Source: Octopus bimaculoides
Taxonomy: Eukaryota
Assembly (NCBI RefSeq): GCF_001194135.2
Contig: NC_068988.1
Location: 24,845,949 to 24,886,234, forward strand
Reading direction: 5' to 3'
DNA: 40,286 bases
A program made the position numbers and the translations under genes. The notes under the pieces were generated by a model, which worked only from the letters and a program-made list of their open reading frames with translations, searched no databases and had not been told where the DNA came from. This document shows, piece after piece, positions 36,542-40,286 of the stretch (the stretch's first letter is position 1; each line of letters starts with the position of its first letter).

Positions 36542-36857
36542 AAGGCGGCGAGCTGGCAGAAACGCAAGCACGCCGGGCGAAATAATCGATTTAATCCGTT
36601 TGTCTGTCCATGTTTGTCCCCTCTGTGTGTAGCCCCTTGTGGGCAATAAAGAAATAAGAAACGTTAACACGCCGGGCGAAATGCTTAGCGATATTTCGTC
36701 TGCCGCTACGTTCTGAGTTCAGATGCCACCGAGGTCGACTGTGCCTTTCATTCTTTCGAGGTCAATAAATTAAGTACTAGCTGCCTACTGGGGTCGATGT
36801 AATCGACTGGCCCCCTCCCCCAAATTTCGGACCTTGTGCCTAGAGTAGAAAAGAAAA
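36542..36857 (+). mobile_element. Family C dimer with the conserved linker; first monomer internally deleted
   Basis: aggcggcgagctggcagaaacg..gccgggcgaaa / taatcgatttaatccgtttgtctgtcc..gggcaataaagaaataa / gaaacgttaacacgccggg..ccttgtgcctagagtagaaaag. Confidence 0.88.
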
Positions 36858-36944
36858 TCTCAAGCTGCTTATTAGCAAAGATTGCGATCGGATTAATGTT
36901 GCAAACACAGTGTATGGAATGGCTTTACGCATATATATTTTTTT

Positions 36945-37348
36945 CTTTATTCGTTTCAGTCTTCGGACTAAAGTCTTTCACGAGGCATCACTTTGAACGG
37001 TTTAGGCGAATAAACTGATCCCAGTTCTTACTTTTATGGCCAAGCACTATTTTATGGGTCTTTTTTTTTCCGAACTTTTATGATCCTACACATACGGAAA
37101 TGATCCAACACCGGTTGTGGAGCGGTGGAGAGGGTGACAAACATGAATAAACACACACACACACACGCACACACACACACACACGGAGGATTCTTTCAGC
37201 TTCTGTCAACAGACTCAACTCACGGCGATTTAGTCAGCCTGAGGCTATAGTGAAAGACACATGTTCTACGTATGGGTACTGGAACTGAATCTAAGACTAC
37301 ATGGTTGGACAGCAAGCTTCTTACCACATAGCCACGCCTGCGCCTATA
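36945..37348 (-). mobile_element. Old full-length SINE family A
   Basis: Decayed tail, (CA)n core, ttctttcagcttc..gaggctatagtgaaagacac, and head cttcttaccacatagccacgcctgcgcct. Confidence 0.8.
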
Positions 37349-38212
37349 TTTGAAAAAATATAATATATTAATTTTATTTAATATTCTAAACAGAACAATC
37401 AAACAAACCAACAAAAATATTCACTTGGTTATTTATTGAGGATTTCCTGTAACTTCATTCTTTGACTTATTCTTTTTGGCAACATTGTTTTCTGTGGTAT
37501 TTTTCCTCAGATTTTATTTCTTAGACTCGGAATATTAATTGATTATACTGGTCAACACAAAGAATCTCAGTCGGAGACGAGTTTTTGTTTGGAACAAAAA
37601 TCATTTCCGATGCTGATTTCGTTTTTTATAGCAGTCTTCCGTTTCCTTTCAGAAGCATGTATAATTTTCTTTTATTTGAAACCAATTATTTGTCTTACTG
37701 TATTCGAAATATTTTGTATTTTTCAGAATATTTGCCTTCATCTTTGCCATTTGATAAGGCGGCTCATGATTATAAGAATAACACAGACAGTTTCTCTTGT
37801 GTCAGCAGGAACTTTGATAACAAAGATACAACGACGGCTTATTTTAAAAGATCGTATAAAAATATCTTAGATATATTGTTTGGCTACGACTCTATGTTTT
37901 CAGTCACGTAGTATCAGAGCACTCCTGATGCGCGGTAGCTTGGGCGCATATTGGATTGGGCAGGCTTCTGTTAGAGGCCTGCAAAACTTTATATAGCATA
38001 GAACAGAATCAAACTGTTTTAAATAATACATATAACTCCTACTAAATGTGTCCAATGATCTTTATTTTTTTTGTCCATTCATTCATATATATAACAGGTT
38101 TTTACTTACATAGCCCATTTTACTTACATAGCCCTTATCGATGGGTTATGTAATTAAAAATTACATTAATCCATTAATGTGCGAAAACTTACTATTTAAA
38201 TACACACACACG

Positions 38213-38306
<94 letters not shown>

Positions 38307-38307
<1 letters not shown>

Positions 38308-38705
38308 GAGGTCTGTTTAAAAGTTTCAGGCCTCTTGCCATAGTAACCAACCTAATGTACGCAAAGTGAAGCCGCTTGGCGTAAATTGATTTTGAACTTT
38401 GCTGTGCATACGAACTAAGTTTTGACGTTCTAGCTCACTTTTGCTATTTACAGCAGTGCTTTGAAGGAACGTGTGTAGCGTATGATCGTCGCAGTGACCA
38501 TGACAGAGAAAATTGTCATAGCGACACCTATTCAGAATCCTACGCAAGGTTGCATAAATTGTATGGAGAGCAGTGTATACTAGTGTACGAGTGGTTCAGA
38601 CGTTTCCAAGATGGCCGAAAAAATGTCGATATTGACGAACGTTCTGGGAGACCCACAACCAGCAGGACTGTATCACTTCGTAAAAGTTGCTGAGGAGAAT
38701 TAAAT
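38307..38705 (+). mobile_element. Tc1/mariner 5' fragment (left TIR plus decayed HTH region of the transposase)
   Basis: Starts cgaggtctgtttaaaagt (mariner-type TIR) after a TA-rich run. ATG at 38500, frameshifted into ..LYGEQCILVYEWFRRFQDGRKNVDIDERSGRPTTSRT (mariner WF..F..G....D..RSGRP motif). No DD34D domain or right TIR seen. Confidence 0.88.
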
Positions 38706-38709
38706 TTTT

Positions 38710-39375
38710 GTCGCCAGAACACAAGATCATGATACCACTGTATCCAAATGACTGTGATGGTTATTATCTGTTGAATTTTTCAGTGTTAGTGGTGGTTTAG
38801 CTGACGGTTTTAACTCCACTTTCTAGCACGTAGGTGCCTCGTGTGTCCTTATGACAAATATAAATTTTAATTCTATAACTATCTAGCGCTATTTAACGCC
38901 TTCAACCACCTATGTTACTCTTGATATTATTATCAATTATTTATATATACCGCAGATAATAATAACAATAGTAACATATCTATAAATATTCACATTTGAA
39001 TACTTACTCCTTATAAATATATTTACACTGCAGCTATTTTGATTTTGGCGCAAAACAATACCGAATGATAGCAGATTTCAACGTGACAAGTTGAATTTTT
39101 TCACTTGGCAAAGTCGCTGTGGAGAGTTAAGGCCTTTACGCCAGGGTTCAAAATCATGATACCAGTGTATCCAAATGACAAACTATATAGCATTTGATTG
39201 TAAAGGTATGTCTAAATTCTTTACCCGTTCACCCCACTACTGTTGTTTTCTGTTGAATTTTTCAGTGTCATTGGTAGTTTATCTGGGGGTTCTAACTCCA
39301 CTTTCTAGCAGGTAGGTTACTTGTATTCCCTTATGATAATTATAAACTTTAATTATATAGCTATCTAACGCTGAC
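38710..39375. repeat. Diverged direct duplication (38710-38900 / 39140-39375)
   Basis: Shared atcatgatacca.tgtatccaaatgac, tctgttgaatttttcagtgt, and taactccactttctagca.gtaggt; the second copy is about 60 nt longer. Confidence 0.9.
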
Positions 39376-40233
39376 GCAACAAATTTGTAATCAGTATTTC
39401 TACAACTCCTCTACGTATTAAAATTCGTTGAATGTGAATAAAAAATTGCTGAAGCAATGTCTCAAATCAATTCATGATGTGCGTTAAATGAGTGGAGAGA
39501 ATATTCGAGCGTTCGTGTCATTCGAGAAATTTGAAAAGATATTGAACTTGTAGAAAGCCATCGATACAACGTAATCAAAATAACAGCCATCTTTAGATGT
39601 TGACACGAATGTCATTTTTTAGTATAAAAAAACTCTTTGAATCTAATGAAGATTTTTTTAAATGGACCTCCTATATTCTCATCAAGATTATTTTCGAGAA
39701 ACTCTTGTGTGGTGAGTAAGAAGGATTCAAGAAAAGATTCGTCCAATAGAAACGCGGTACCGAGAAGTTTGAAAAGAAGGCTTCATGTCAAATTAATAAT
39801 ATTTGCTATATAGTGATAACCCAGACCCCCAAAATATATTTATTGCACTTTTAAATTATATTCAGTGAATTTTTTTGAATTACACGCGTACCAGGTTAAA
39901 TATCAATATGTGATATAAAATATGGTTAATAATATTTTATATGAATTATTCAAACACACACCGCGAACTTCGATTTCAGACATAAACAAATTTCGTATAA
40001 AATGTTACTATACTTTTATTTCGAAAACAATAAAAGCTGTCATATTTTAAAAACCTAGACTTCGAAGGATGGGGAGAAAAACAGAACAAGATAGATTAAG
40101 AATCAACATTCCTAATTTATTCATTTCTAACGAACCATTTCATGAAAGTATTGCTCTTGTTGACCAATGTTACTAATACATTTTTAATAGCGGAACTTGT
40201 TGTTACACTGAATGACTGTGTGTATATATACAT

Positions 40234-40286
<53 letters not shown>

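Noticed and set aside
37585-37911. 108-aa ORF with a KR site (neuropeptide-like SYKNILDILFG)
   Set aside because: No signal peptide, Gly is not followed by a basic site, and no homology was recognised.

Overview
This is AT-rich, repeat-dense eukaryotic DNA with many N-gaps that start and end in (TA)n. The repeat families resemble those of octopus (inference from recalled sequence, not a database match). Almost all long ORFs in the supplied track are microsatellite or gap artefacts, and no intact, nameable protein-coding gene is visible. What can be supported: about 25 copies or fragments of tRNA-derived SINEs in at least four families (here A, B-alpha/B-beta, C, D); a decayed Penelope-like element (PLE) ORF with RT thumb plus GIY-YIG (about 30310-31010, minus); a 5' mariner fragment (38307-38705); compound microsatellites; and several local duplications. 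The most interesting signal is a recurrent PLE/hammerhead theme. A Pol III (A box/B box) SINE carries a minimal hammerhead-ribozyme tail in two copies, one with the head inverted. A 290-bp foldback is built from two outward-facing hammerhead-bearing PLE termini, and a second foldback is built from two SINE tails. Two old non-coding duplications preserve promoter-like or splice-like motifs. Candidate exons are low confidence. Family names and activities are unverified.
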